Shown piece by piece: positions 50,984 to 61,159 of a DNA stretch of 64,000 nucleotides (positions within the stretch are counted from its first letter, which is position 1; each line of letters begins with the position of its first letter). A model generated the notes under the pieces. That model had not been told where the DNA came from and did no database searches. It saw only the letters and a program-made list of their open reading frames with translations. Origin of the DNA: Spirochaetia bacterium (GTDB lineage: Bacteria > Spirochaetota > Spirochaetia > Sphaerochaetales > Sphaerochaetaceae); NCBI GenBank assembly GCA_900769955.1, contig CAAGIP010000211.1:252-64251 (forward strand). Reading direction: 5' to 3'. A program made the translations under genes and the position numbers.

Positions 50984-51937
50984 ATGAAGAAATTATCAAT
51001 TGTCCTTTTAGCTGCTTTCATGCTTGTGACAATATCCGGGTGTAAAAACAAAACTCCGGAACCGCCGAAACCTGTTGATAAGACATTCGTCGTTGTATTC
51101 GATGAGGAAAAAATATCATGTGCCACCTGGCCTATGGGTGATCCTGTCAAAAGCGGTTCAAAGGTAACGGAAAGCAATTCTCTGGATTTCACAGCAAGGA
51201 TCAATGAGGATGAACAGCGTGTTGATTACTGGGTGATTTCCGATATGGAAAAGAAGAACACGTCAAGCCGTTATATCAACATTGAGGTAGGAGTGGAGAA
51301 TGCAACGCAGCTTAGTGACGGTACATACAGAATCACAGCGGATTTCAAGACTCATGCCACGATTAACGCAGAACTCGTTTATGATGCTTCATCATTGGTG
51401 GCTTATAGAGGATCTTCAACTTATTATGAACCCGGAACGGTACTGCAGGAAGGAACCAACGTTAATTTCAGGCCGATTTTTGATGCTGGGAAAATTGTGG
51501 ATTCAGTTAAGCTTAATGGGGTTGCGACAAATCTTTACACGCCCAGTTCAAATAACATGAGCCTCAATGTGAATGCAGATACTGTAAAGGATGGAAAGAT
51601 TAGTGTGGATGTTACACTCAGAGATGCTGTCTCCGTTACCGTTACATGTAATGTCGATGGCATATCAATGAAAAAACGTGATTATTATGCTCGTAATGTA
51701 ATGGGAGAAAATACTGCGAGGGAGGATTTTGCTTCCGGTGGCACCGCATCTGAGTATGATCTGATTTCCTTCTACTATGCAGATGGGAAGATGGCTACGG
51801 ATAAACAGTGGGTTCTTGTAAACACAGCTGATCCATCCAAAACCCATGAACTGAAGCAGGGGCTTGCAGGATTCACACTGAATCCTGATGTGCTCACGTC
51901 ACTGGGTAACGGACCTATTGAAATAAAGGTCAAGTAG
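50984..51937 (+). CDS. Hypothetical lipoprotein with about three degenerate beta-rich repeats
   Basis: Lipobox ISGC, Pro-rich tether TPEPPKP, SD AAGGAG. Confidence 0.75.
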   Translation: MKKLSIVLLAAFMLVTISGCKNKTPEPPKPVDKTFVVVFDEEKISCATWPMGDPVKSGSKVTESNSLDFTARINEDEQRVDYWVISDMEKKNTSSRYINIEVGVENATQLSDGTYRITADFKTHATINAELVYDASSLVAYRGSSTYYEPGTVLQEGTNVNFRPIFDAGKIVDSVKLNGVATNLYTPSSNNMSLNVNADTVKDGKISVDVTLRDAVSVTVTCNVDGISMKKRDYYARNVMGENTAREDFASGGTASEYDLISFYYADGKMATDKQWVLVNTADPSKTHELKQGLAGFTLNPDVLTSLGNGPIEIKVK

Positions 51938-51949
51938 CTCTGATTAAAG

Positions 51950-51985
51950 AAAATAGCCTGAAGGATTATCCGACAGGCTATTTTT
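51950..51985. terminator. Bidirectional terminator (lipoprotein gene / tmRNA)
   Basis: AAAATAGCCTG...CAGGCTATTTTT. Confidence 0.8.
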
Positions 51986-51993
51986 CTGTTCTC

Positions 51994-52363
51994 TGGAGAT
52001 GGGGAGATTCGAACTCCCGTCCTAATGTGTCATCCACGAACTTCTACGATCATAGTCACATTTTAAGGTCTCGGCACCCGGGTGGCAATGTAACCAGCCC
52101 CCTGATGCCCAGCTGACTCAGTGTCTCCGCATCATGTCAGCATGATACGGACAAGTCCCTGTTGGCGTCCACAGCCTCCGGTTAGGAACAGCACCTTCGG
52201 TGTGGGTACTCAGCTACTCACGCAGCGAGTAAGGTTGCTTCGTCAGAAACGAAATATTCGTCTTCTTTCTTTGCATTTATTTTTTTGTGCCAGTTTGACA
52301 AGTTAGCGCTTGGACCGCGATCCATGAAGTGATCTGCCACCAGTCGAAACCAAAGACATCCCC
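51994..52363 (-). ncRNA. ssrA: tmRNA
   Basis: 5' GGGGATGTCTTTGGTTTCGAC and 3' GGGAGTTCGAATCTCCCCATCTCCA form an acceptor stem with G3:U. Tag ORF 52274-52218 reads AKKEDEYFVSDEATLLAA*. Lies directly downstream of smpB. Confidence 0.96.
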
Positions 52364-52405
52364 GGACAGAATTAATATACCCTAAAAACAATGAAGGGGC
52401 AAGGG

Positions 52406-52870
52406 TCAGTAATTGAGGTTCTTGAGCTCCCTTCTTGCATCCCTGTTCATGTCACGTTCCTTAATGGCATTCTTCTTGTCATAGACAGCCTTACCTCTTG
52501 CAAGTGCTATCTTCATCTTTATGAGATTGCCTTTAAGATATATTTCAAGCGGAACTATCGTCATTCCCTTTGATTCAACCTTCCTGTTGAATTTCTTTAT
52601 CTCCTGCTTATGAGCAAGCAGAGTCCTTTTTCTGTCTCCCTGATGGTTGAATACGGAGCCGTGGGAGTAGGGCTGAATCGTAAAGCCGATGAGCTGGAGA
52701 GTACCGTCCTTTATCACTATATATGAGTCCCCGAAGGAAACACGTCCCATCCTGACGCTTTTGACTTCAGTGCCGACAAGCGCCATGCCGCATTCCAGTT
52801 CCTCGATTATTTCATAGTTGTAATATGCTTTTTTGTTTTTCTGTAAAAGTTTATATTTTTCCTTTTCCAT
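52406..52870 (-). CDS. smpB: SsrA-binding protein
   Basis: NKKAYYNY, LVGTEVKS, RTLLAHK, ARGK..YDK. Confidence 0.97.
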   Translation of the reverse strand: MEKEKYKLLQKNKKAYYNYEIIEELECGMALVGTEVKSVRMGRVSFGDSYIVIKDGTLQLIGFTIQPYSHGSVFNHQGDRKRTLLAHKQEIKKFNRKVESKGMTIVPLEIYLKGNLIKMKIALARGKAVYDKKNAIKERDMNRDARRELKNLNY

Positions 52871-54288
52871 TAAATGTTCCTTGCTACCCTGAAGCCTGCA
52901 TACTCGCTTGTAGCTGCTTTATCCATCACGCCTACACTGGAGGCACTTACGGATGAATAATTGTTAATATAAGAACCGCCCTTGACGACAGCATCACCGA
53001 TTCCGAGCGCTGAAAGACTTTCATAACTTAATGAGAATCTGGAAAGCGGCACGTATGAAGTGGAAGTGAACTCCCAGAGACATCCCCTGACACCCTTGGG
53101 TGATGAGCTGTCATTATCGATGACTACAAGGGTAGTGGCATATGGTTTTGATGATGCGGAAGCTGCCATGACTTCATACTCGGCTTCAGTCGGAAGACGG
53201 TAAGTTTCACCTTCCTTTTCACTGAGCCATTTGGTATAAGCATCTGCTGCATACCAGCTGATGTTCCTGATCGGGAGTGAGCTTTTAAGTGAAACTGAAG
53301 GGAAGATTCCTGCAAGGTAGTACTCATCCGCAACACCGTCGGCAACGAGTGTATCGATATTTTCCTTTGCCCAGTACGGATTTGCCTCCATGAAGAGTGC
53401 CCAATCATATTCACTTACATAAGCAGAGCTTATCTCAAAAGGTTCTGTTACGACTTCATATGGAAGCGTTGCAGCTCCCGAGATATTCGGGTACGAGGTA
53501 TCGCCGATAGTGAAGGTGCATCCTTCATAGCGGAAGAATTCCCCGTTTCTGACGGGGACAATTTCCGCTTCTGTTGCTGTTTTCACGACCATGTCATATT
53601 CTGATGAGAGAAAACCGGGTAGGGATGAATAAAGTGAATCGAATTCCGATGACCTGTAACTAATGCCATTGGACTCAAGGAGCTTAAGTGCATTGTCAAG
53701 ATCGCTTTTCAGTTCATCAGTCGTGACAAAGTTCAGAAGTATGAAAAACTCATCCGATACATCCTTAACTCCGGATGCAGCCGCATCCTGTGCAAGATCC
53801 GTAAAAATGCTCTTCATCCTGAATGAGGAAGGAGCATCAGTAATCTCTGAATAGAGCGGTATTAATTTATAAGTTTCCTCAAGGGTTTTTTCATAGAGGG
53901 CAGGTATTTTGGGAAGGTCCGGTGTTATGGTTCCTGTCCTTTTGAAGAGGAGTGTAAGCACTACCGGGTGATCAACAGTGATCGTTTCGCTGTATATTGT
54001 TTCACCGCTTTTGATATACTCGGCCTTATGTTCACCGGAGGAGACGAATATCCGCGATCCCTCTGAGGAACCTATATACTCACCGTCAAGGATGATGCCC
54101 ACATCGGAATATGATGTATCGAAGGAAATATAGCGCCCACCCTTCACAATGCCAGGTAAAACACCAAGCAGGAAGAAGATAATCAAAACAGCAGCTATAA
54201 GCAGTATGAGTATGTATTTGCCGGGTCTCATGCCGTAGAGAACAGGAAGCTTAACCGGCTCGACTTCCGGCAGTTTTTCTTTTTTCAT
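52870..54288 (-). CDS. Membrane-anchored PEGA-like plus FGE-sulfatase-fold protein
   Basis: One TM, then IILDGEYIG, and C-terminal YRLPTEAEYE, GCLWE, KGGSY, GFRVAR. Start set at ATG 54288 because the track's longer start overlaps lepB. Confidence 0.78.
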   Translation of the reverse strand: MKKEKLPEVEPVKLPVLYGMRPGKYILILLIAAVLIIFFLLGVLPGIVKGGRYISFDTSYSDVGIILDGEYIGSSEGSRIFVSSGEHKAEYIKSGETIYSETITVDHPVVLTLLFKRTGTITPDLPKIPALYEKTLEETYKLIPLYSEITDAPSSFRMKSIFTDLAQDAAASGVKDVSDEFFILLNFVTTDELKSDLDNALKLLESNGISYRSSEFDSLYSSLPGFLSSEYDMVVKTATEAEIVPVRNGEFFRYEGCTFTIGDTSYPNISGAATLPYEVVTEPFEISSAYVSEYDWALFMEANPYWAKENIDTLVADGVADEYYLAGIFPSVSLKSSLPIRNISWYAADAYTKWLSEKEGETYRLPTEAEYEVMAASASSKPYATTLVVIDNDSSSPKGVRGCLWEFTSTSYVPLSRFSLSYESLSALGIGDAVVKGGSYINNYSSVSASSVGVMDKAATSEYAGFRVARNI

Positions 54289-54297
54289 GATTATGTA

Positions 54298-54348
54298 AAA
54301 GTAATCCTTATACCTCCTATTGTCAACAAAGTGAAGCTCTGTTATTTT
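54298..54348. promoter_or_regulatory. Back-to-back promoters sharing a TTGTCAA core (FGE-fold gene / lepB)
   Basis: Minus: TTGACA(54326-54321)-17-TACTTT(54303-54298)-9-ATG. Plus: TTGTCA(54320)-17-TATTTT(54343)-7-ATG 54356. Confidence 0.7.
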
Positions 54349-54355
54349 TATGGCC

Positions 54356-55342
54356 ATGGACAAGATATATACCTTCCTTGAAGACAGGAGCGAGAGATAC
54401 CTCACTAAAAAAAAGGCCATGAGGGCATATGAGAAGTCGAAGAAAAAGACTGTTCTTACAGAGCTCTGGTCCTGGATTGACGCTCTTATGTTCGCGGTAG
54501 TTGTCGTAATCCTGCTCAACCAGTTCCTGTTTCAGCTCTTTCTCATCCCATCCCCGTCGATGGTATCCACACTGAATGTAGGAGACAGGGTCATCGTCAA
54601 CAAGATTGCATACGGTGTTGAGCTCTACCCATCAGGTCCTAAGGTATTTTCCGATTCACGCCGTGTTCAGAGGGATGACATAATAACGTTCTACAACCCG
54701 GAATATGATTCCAGAGGCCCGCTTTTCGACATTCTCTCACAGGTTATATATTACGGTACACTTTCCCTTGTGAACATCGACAGAAATCCTGACGGCACCA
54801 TGGCTGAAAGGCTCTATGTTAAGAGGGCAGTAGGATTCGGAGGTGATACAGTAAAGTTTGCTGACGGAAATGTCCTCATCAAACCGGCAGGCTACAGTGA
54901 TTACATTACCGAAGAAGAGTACAGAAGTGCAAATTCACTCGCAGAAGGACCGCACAGAAGTGTTGATGAGACACTCTATGACGGTCTTCATGCCTGGGGC
55001 AGGCTCTATGCATATCAGGAGAAGGGAATAAATACAGTTCCCCAGCATCTGAAAAATTCATATGAGAGCGTGAAGGACTCATATATGTTTGACCGTTACG
55101 CATTTGAAACCGAAAGAACTAAGATGATGACACTCCTCGATCCCACCGACGCAGCATCAAGAAACGAAAATGCTGTTTACAGATCGGGAATTTATGTTCC
55201 TTCCGGTCAGGTACTTCCCCTCGGGGACAACAGGGACAACTCATCTGACGGCAGGTACTTCGGCCCCGTCAGTGAGGAAAAGATCAACGGCAGGGTAATA
55301 GGCAGGTTCTGGCCGCTTAATGCACTCGGCGGTGTAAAGTAA
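54356..55342 (+). CDS. lepB: Signal peptidase I
   Basis: IPSPSMVSTL..GDR, YVKRAVG, LGDNRDNSSDGRYFG; start is 54350 or 54356. Confidence 0.95.
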   Translation: MDKIYTFLEDRSERYLTKKKAMRAYEKSKKKTVLTELWSWIDALMFAVVVVILLNQFLFQLFLIPSPSMVSTLNVGDRVIVNKIAYGVELYPSGPKVFSDSRRVQRDDIITFYNPEYDSRGPLFDILSQVIYYGTLSLVNIDRNPDGTMAERLYVKRAVGFGGDTVKFADGNVLIKPAGYSDYITEEEYRSANSLAEGPHRSVDETLYDGLHAWGRLYAYQEKGINTVPQHLKNSYESVKDSYMFDRYAFETERTKMMTLLDPTDAASRNENAVYRSGIYVPSGQVLPLGDNRDNSSDGRYFGPVSEEKINGRVIGRFWPLNALGGVK

Positions 55343-56463
55343 TGGAAGGACTTGACAGGAGCCGGGATGTATCACTTTACATCCACATTCCCTACTGCTA
55401 TCGAAAATGCGACTACTGTGCTTTTTATTCCATTGAGGACCATAAAACATCCGATGAATATTTTTCCGTCCTGATGCGTCAGATTGATGTCATTACGGAA
55501 GACTTGAAAAAGCCTTTTCATACCATATTCATAGGGGGAGGAAACCCCGGTGTGCTCGGTAATGAAAGGCTGCTGGAAATCGCAGCGTCTGCATGCCGTT
55601 ACGGCAGACCTCATGAATTCACGACTGAGCTCAACCCTGAATCCGTATCTGCCGACACAGTGCGTCTTACAGAATATTTTGACAGGATAAGCATCGGTGT
55701 GCAGTCCTTCAGTGATGATGTGCTGAAAATTCTCGGAAGAAATGCTTCAGCCAAAACTGCCCATAGGGCACTTGAAATCCTATCTGACATAAAAAGATCA
55801 AAAGACATAAGGCTTAACGGGGACATAATTACCTCCGTTCCTGGCTCATCGTATGAGAGGACGCTATCTGACATCCGGACACTTAATTCCTTCGGAGTCG
55901 ATCATATTTCACTTTATTCACTTTCGCTTGAGGAAGGAACTCCTCTGGCAGGCAGGGTTCTTCCGCTGGATGAGGAAAGTGACAGAATATGTCTTGAAAA
56001 AAGCTGGGAAATTCTGAAGGACCTTGGCTTTGAGCACTACGAAGTCAGCAACTTTGCCCGTCCGGGAGCAAGGTCCCTTCATAACAGTGTTTACTGGCAG
56101 CTGGGACAGTACATAGGGCTTGGGCCTTCCGCAGAGAGCAGTCTTGGATGGAAAAAGTGCATCTCCCTTCGTCAGAAGGACAGTGTTGAGGAATATCTTT
56201 CCGACCCTTCATTCGATGCCTATCTTCTAAGTGCAGGAGAACTTGGGGAAGAATTCCTTCTTACTTCGCTGAGGACTTCCGACGGAATTGACAAAATGAA
56301 TTACAGCATGAGGTTCGATGAGGATTTTGATGAGAGATTTTCTTCTTTCATAACCGATCTTGATCCTTCATGGTATATCAATACAGCGGAAAAGTTTGCA
56401 CTTACGGAAGATGGGTTTATGTTGCTGGACAGGATAATCCTTGCACTTGCAATGGCTCTTTAG
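55342..56463 (+). CDS. hemW: Radical SAM heme chaperone HemW
   Basis: LYIHIPYCYRKCDYC, YEVSNFA, HNSVYW. Confidence 0.85.
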   Translation: MEGLDRSRDVSLYIHIPYCYRKCDYCAFYSIEDHKTSDEYFSVLMRQIDVITEDLKKPFHTIFIGGGNPGVLGNERLLEIAASACRYGRPHEFTTELNPESVSADTVRLTEYFDRISIGVQSFSDDVLKILGRNASAKTAHRALEILSDIKRSKDIRLNGDIITSVPGSSYERTLSDIRTLNSFGVDHISLYSLSLEEGTPLAGRVLPLDEESDRICLEKSWEILKDLGFEHYEVSNFARPGARSLHNSVYWQLGQYIGLGPSAESSLGWKKCISLRQKDSVEEYLSDPSFDAYLLSAGELGEEFLLTSLRTSDGIDKMNYSMRFDEDFDERFSSFITDLDPSWYINTAEKFALTEDGFMLLDRIILALAMAL

Positions 56464-56563
56464 AAAAAATTGCATCACTTTCCGCGACAATGTTGACCTG
56501 ATAATTTTATTTGTGCTAAGTTAATATAGTTGTAAAAATCTAATTCATCATAAGGGGTTTAAT

Positions 56564-57307
56564 ATGTCTGGCCACAGTAAATGGGCAACTATCAAACATG
56601 CAAAAGGTATCGCGGACGCTAAACGTGGACAAAAGTTCACAAAGCTTATCAAGGAAATCACAGTAGCTGCTAAGCAGGGCGGTCCTGATCCTAACTCCAA
56701 TGCTACCCTCAGAACGGCAATCCTTAAGGCCAAGGCTGAGAACATGCCGAAAGATAACATTGAAAGGGCGATCAAGAAAGCTACAGGCGAAGGTGCCGCA
56801 ACCAGCTATTTCGAACTTACATACGAAGGATATGCTCCCGGCGGAGTCGCAATCATCATTGACACACTTACCGATAACAAGAACAGAACTGCAGCTGACG
56901 TGCGTTCAACTCTCACAAAGCTCGGCGGTTCACTCGGTGCAACAGGCTGTGTCTCTTACATGTTCCAGACCAAGGGTGTGATCACATACAGTGAGGAGAA
57001 ATACAGCGAGGATCAGATCTTCGAAGCCGCTCTCGATAACGGTGCCGAGGATGTAAGCAGCGCTGACGGTGTCATCGAAGTTACAACAGCTCCCGCTGAT
57101 TTCGCTTCCGTTCTTGAAGCTATGCAGGCTGCAGGCTTTGAGCAGGAGAGTGCGGATATCCAGAAGATCGCTGATCAGACCGTCACACTCGACAACGAGA
57201 GAGCCAACAAGGTTCTCAAGATCGTTGAGCGCCTCGAGGATCTTGAGGATGTCCAGATGGTCTCCACAAACCTTGATCTGCCGGATGATTTCGAAGCAGA
57301 GGCATGA
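56564..57307 (+). CDS. YebC/PmpR family protein
   Basis: MSGHSKWATIKH, YEGYAPGG, TDNKNRT. Confidence 0.97.
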   Translation: MSGHSKWATIKHAKGIADAKRGQKFTKLIKEITVAAKQGGPDPNSNATLRTAILKAKAENMPKDNIERAIKKATGEGAATSYFELTYEGYAPGGVAIIIDTLTDNKNRTAADVRSTLTKLGGSLGATGCVSYMFQTKGVITYSEEKYSEDQIFEAALDNGAEDVSSADGVIEVTTAPADFASVLEAMQAAGFEQESADIQKIADQTVTLDNERANKVLKIVERLEDLEDVQMVSTNLDLPDDFEAEA

Positions 57308-57313
57308 TGATAC

Positions 57314-57805
57314 ATGGTAATCCTAGGTATTGACCCAGGATTGGCTAATACAGGCTGGGGTGTTGTTGAAGTTGTGAATCAGCGCTACCGGCCTGTTTCT
57401 TTTGGTGTCATCACCACAAAGACCGATACGGCCCTTCCTGACAGGATTTATTCGATCGCTGCCGAGTGCGGCCGCATCGCGAAGGAACACGGCGTGCATG
57501 CCGTGTCGATGGAAGAAGTGTTCTTCACGAAGAACATCTCTTCAGCGCTCAGCGTTGCAAAGGTCATAGGAGCGATTTCCTATGAGATGAGAAGACTGGA
57601 AATTCCGGTCACTCTCTTCAGTCCGCCTCAGATCAAGACCGCGGTTACCGGAATCGGAACAGCGGATAAGAACCAGGTCCAGCAGATGGTTAAGATACTG
57701 CTGGGACTCAGCACCATACCGAAGCCGGATCATGCTGCTGACGCGCTTGCTGACTGCATCACATATGCGGTCTTCAATGCAACAAATATAAGACTGGGAA
57801 GGTAA
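57314..57805 (+). CDS. ruvC: Holliday junction resolvase RuvC
   Basis: ILGIDPG, EEVFF, KPDHAADALA. Confidence 0.97.
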   Translation: MVILGIDPGLANTGWGVVEVVNQRYRPVSFGVITTKTDTALPDRIYSIAAECGRIAKEHGVHAVSMEEVFFTKNISSALSVAKVIGAISYEMRRLEIPVTLFSPPQIKTAVTGIGTADKNQVQQMVKILLGLSTIPKPDHAADALADCITYAVFNATNIRLGR

Positions 57806-57808
57806 GAT

Positions 57809-58432
57809 ATGATAAATGCCCTTAACGGCAAGATTGTCACTGTCGATCAGAACAGCCTGATCATAAACGTGGGAGGAGTTGAGTTCTTCGTTGAAATCTC
57901 AACACAGGCTGCCTCCTATTTTTCATCACTGTCAAAAACCGAGGACCAGAGGGTCCTCACGAAATACATCGTCAGGGAAGATGCGGCACTGCTTTACGGC
58001 TTTAAAGACCGCTGGGAACGTGACTGCTTCAACCAGCTCCAGACAGTACCCGGAATAGGTGCCAAGCAGGCACTGAAGATCCTTTCAGCGATTTCTGTAA
58101 ACGACTTCGTGAAGGCCCTCGACCAGAGGGACATCACGACTCTTTCGCGCATCCCCGGAATCGGTGCGAAGTCCGCGCAGAAACTCATCCTGATGCTGAG
58201 GGATACGCTTGTCATCACCGATGACAGTCCAAGCGGTGTTGAGAATGTCGACAAGGCCAATAAGCAGTGGGCCGATGTCGCGGACTCCCTTGCAGGCATG
58301 GGCTTTGACAGGAAGAATGTCTACAGAACACTTGATAAAGTCCTTAAGGAAGAGGAAGATAAAATCAGAACGATGGATCACGGTTCTGCCGAAGCGTACA
58401 TCTTCCCGATTCTGTTAAGGAGACTTTCATGA
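57809..58432 (+). CDS. ruvA: Holliday junction branch migration protein RuvA
   Basis: [11 protein letters not shown], two HhH motifs (PGIGAK). Confidence 0.95.
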   Translation: MINALNGKIVTVDQNSLIINVGGVEFFVEISTQAASYFSSLSKTEDQRVLTKYIVREDAALLYGFKDRWERDCFNQLQTVPGIGAKQALKILSAISVNDFVKALDQRDITTLSRIPGIGAKSAQKLILMLRDTLVITDDSPSGVENVDKANKQWADVADSLAGMGFDRKNVYRTLDKVLKEEEDKIRTMDHGSAEAYIFPILLRRLS

Positions 58433-59484
58433 GCGATAACGAGAAATACACCGAAGACGATTCACCGGTCAGCGTCACTCTTCAGCCATCCGATGAGAAC
58501 AACGAGAACATACTGCGTCCCCAGTATTTAAGCGAATTCCAGGGACAGCCGAGACTTAAGGAAAATCTTTCGATCTTCATACAGGCTGCCCGCGACAGGA
58601 ATGAAGCGCTTGATCACACATTTCTGGTAGGACCTCCGGGACTCGGAAAGACAACGCTTGCCGCAATCATCGCCAAGGAAATGCACTCCGAGATCAGGAT
58701 GACAAGCGCACCTGCGCTGGACAAGCCGAAGGATCTTGCCGGAATTCTTACAAACGTAACCGAAAACTCAATCTTCTTCATCGATGAAATCCATCGTCTC
58801 AAGCCTGCGCTTGAGGAGATGCTTTACATAGCGATGGAAGACTTTGAGATCGACTGGGTGATAGGGCAGGGGCCGAGTGCCAGGACGATGAGGGTTCCGC
58901 TTCCCAAGTTCACGCTTGTAGGCGCGACAACCAAGGCCGGTGCCGTTTCAACTCCGCTTTCCGAGCGCTTCGGCATTAACTGTCACCTTGAGTATTACGA
59001 TGATGAGGAGCTTAAGAAGATCATCCTGCGCTCAGCAAAGATCCTGAACTGTAAAATCGAGGACGATGCCGCTTCAATGCTGGCACACTGCTCAAGAGGT
59101 ACGCCGAGAATTGCCAACAGGCTTCTGAAGCGCCTCAGGGACTTTGCCGACATCCTTTCCGACGGTGTGATCAACACAAGGATAGTGACGCACGGACTGA
59201 CCAAGCTCGGTATTGACGAAAACGGGCTTGAGCGCCAGGACAGGAACATCCTGAAAACGATCATCGAGTTCTACGACGGGGGACCCGTCGGTGCGGACAC
59301 TCTTTCCATCAGCGTGGGAGAGGCAGTCGAGACGCTTGAGGATTTCTATGAACCCTACCTGATACAGCAGGGTTATCTCAAGAGAACCCCTAGGGGCAGA
59401 TGCGTGACGGCAAAGGCATATGAGCTGCTCGGAATCGGGGAAAAAGGAAGGAAAACAGATGCTGACCAGGGAATTCTTTTTTGA
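58429..59484 (+). CDS. ruvB: Holliday junction helicase RuvB
   Basis: [43 protein letters not shown]. Confidence 0.98.
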   Translation: MSDNEKYTEDDSPVSVTLQPSDENNENILRPQYLSEFQGQPRLKENLSIFIQAARDRNEALDHTFLVGPPGLGKTTLAAIIAKEMHSEIRMTSAPALDKPKDLAGILTNVTENSIFFIDEIHRLKPALEEMLYIAMEDFEIDWVIGQGPSARTMRVPLPKFTLVGATTKAGAVSTPLSERFGINCHLEYYDDEELKKIILRSAKILNCKIEDDAASMLAHCSRGTPRIANRLLKRLRDFADILSDGVINTRIVTHGLTKLGIDENGLERQDRNILKTIIEFYDGGPVGADTLSISVGEAVETLEDFYEPYLIQQGYLKRTPRGRCVTAKAYELLGIGEKGRKTDADQGILF

Positions 59485-60511
59485 TCTTCCCGAAGAACTT
59501 ATAGCACAGGTGCCCTCAGACAGGAGAGGTGAAGACCGTCTCCTGCTGCTTGACCGCACGACGGGTGAATACCGCGACATGATGATGAAGGACTTTCCTT
59601 CCCTCATTCCGGATAACTCCGTTCTGGTAGTCAATAACTCAAAGGTAAGAAAGGCCAGAACCTACGGAGAGACTGAAAACGGAGGAAAGGTGGAGTTCCT
59701 GTTCCTTGAGGAAAATGAGGACCACACCTGGAAGTGCATGTGCAACAGGAACAAAAAACAGAAGGAAGGCCGTGTATATACTTTCCGTGACAGCGCAGGA
59801 AACGCAATTGAGAATGCAGTGCTTCTGAAAAAGGAAGATGACGGAAGTGTCATCCTTTCCTTTGCAGCTCCTCTCTCCGAAGAGTTCTTTTCCCTTGTCG
59901 GTCACGTTCCGCTTCCTCCATACATCAAGAGGGAAGACACATTTGCCGATGAAAACAGGTATCAGACAGTGTACTCAAAGAACCTCGGTTCAGTTGCCTC
60001 CCCGACTGCGGGACTTCACTTCACGCCTGAAATCCTGGAGGAGATTAAAGCAAGAGGAATCGAGATATATGAAGTGACGCTTCATGTCGGCCCAGGCACA
60101 TTTCTTCCCGTAAGAAGTGAGAATGTCGAGGACCACCATATGCACTATGAAAGGTACACTGTGAGCGAGGAGACTGCAAATGCCCTGAATGAAGCCAAAA
60201 GGAATGGCCGGCAGATAGTAGCGGTCGGAACAACCAGTGTGAGGACACTTGAAAGCGCGGCGGATGAAAACGGCATCATCAGGGCCGGAACGGAAAGAAC
60301 GAACATCTTCATCCGTCCCGGTTATAAGTGGAAGGCCGTCGACAGCCTGCTGACGAACTTCCACACTCCGGAATCCACACTGCTTATGCTGGTATCGGCA
60401 TTTGCAGGAAAGGAAAACATAATGAATGCATACTCACATGCTATAGAGGAGCGTTACCGCTTCTTCAGCTATGGGGATGCGATGTTCATAAGACTGAAGA
60501 AACGAAGCTGA
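59459..60511 (+). CDS. queA: SAM:tRNA ribosyltransferase-isomerase
   Basis: [42 protein letters not shown]; start ATG 59459. Confidence 0.96.
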   Translation: MLTREFFFDLPEELIAQVPSDRRGEDRLLLLDRTTGEYRDMMMKDFPSLIPDNSVLVVNNSKVRKARTYGETENGGKVEFLFLEENEDHTWKCMCNRNKKQKEGRVYTFRDSAGNAIENAVLLKKEDDGSVILSFAAPLSEEFFSLVGHVPLPPYIKREDTFADENRYQTVYSKNLGSVASPTAGLHFTPEILEEIKARGIEIYEVTLHVGPGTFLPVRSENVEDHHMHYERYTVSEETANALNEAKRNGRQIVAVGTTSVRTLESAADENGIIRAGTERTNIFIRPGYKWKAVDSLLTNFHTPESTLLMLVSAFAGKENIMNAYSHAIEERYRFFSYGDAMFIRLKKRS

Positions 60512-61100
60512 TTATCTCCTTTGTGATTTCATCCATTGACTTTGTCCCGTCAACCCTGAGGAAGCTGACACCATCCGGAAGGGTCTTGAAGATCCGGTCA
60601 AAGTTCGCCCTTACTTTTTCAAGATAGCTCTTCTTCTCGAAGAGCTCTTTTTCTTCTCCGCGGGAATCAATTCTTTTCATGCATACATCAACGGGTGCAT
60701 CTACGTAGATCACAATGGATGGGGAGGGAAAATCGTTGACTGACCTGACAAACGCCTCATCGACATTCACACTCTGATATGCAAATGAGGAATAGAAGTA
60801 CCTGTCACTTATCTCAACAGTCCCGCCTTCGATCCCGTTAACAATGCCGTTTGGCCCATAGAGATGATCTTCCCTGTCAGAAGCATAGAGCAGGGCAAGG
60901 GCTTTCGGCGTGGTCGTGACCCTGTGGCGGAGTACATCCCGGACAAGGGCACCTATCGGCCTACCCGTCGGCTCTGCAGAGAGCCTGACTGAACGGCCCG
61001 AAGAAGTGAAATAATCCCTCAGGGCCCTGGCCTGGGACGATTTACCGCTCCCGTCGAGCCCTTCAAAAACTATAAAATCCTTAAGTATCGTTTCATTCAT
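60486..61100 (-). CDS. tmk: Thymidylate kinase
   Basis: FEGLDGSGKSSQ, EP, DREDH, SDRYFYSSFAYQ; start set at ATG 61100. Confidence 0.94.
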   Translation of the reverse strand: MNETILKDFIVFEGLDGSGKSSQARALRDYFTSSGRSVRLSAEPTGRPIGALVRDVLRHRVTTTPKALALLYASDREDHLYGPNGIVNGIEGGTVEISDRYFYSSFAYQSVNVDEAFVRSVNDFPSPSIVIYVDAPVDVCMKRIDSRGEEKELFEKKSYLEKVRANFDRIFKTLPDGVSFLRVDGTKSMDEITKEIISFVSSVL

Positions 61101-61159
61101 ACTGTCTTTTGCATCGATATTTGTTATTATTGAATAAGATATCAGAAAACGGGGCAGAG

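Noticed and set aside
52121..52306. 61-aa ORF on the plus strand
   Set aside because: Lies antisense within tmRNA.
54289..54519. N-terminal extensions in the ORF track (also starts 61241, 43189, 41618, 47881, 48023, 48789, 28459)
   Set aside because: They overlap neighbouring genes or promoters; family similarity and initiation signals begin at downstream ATGs.
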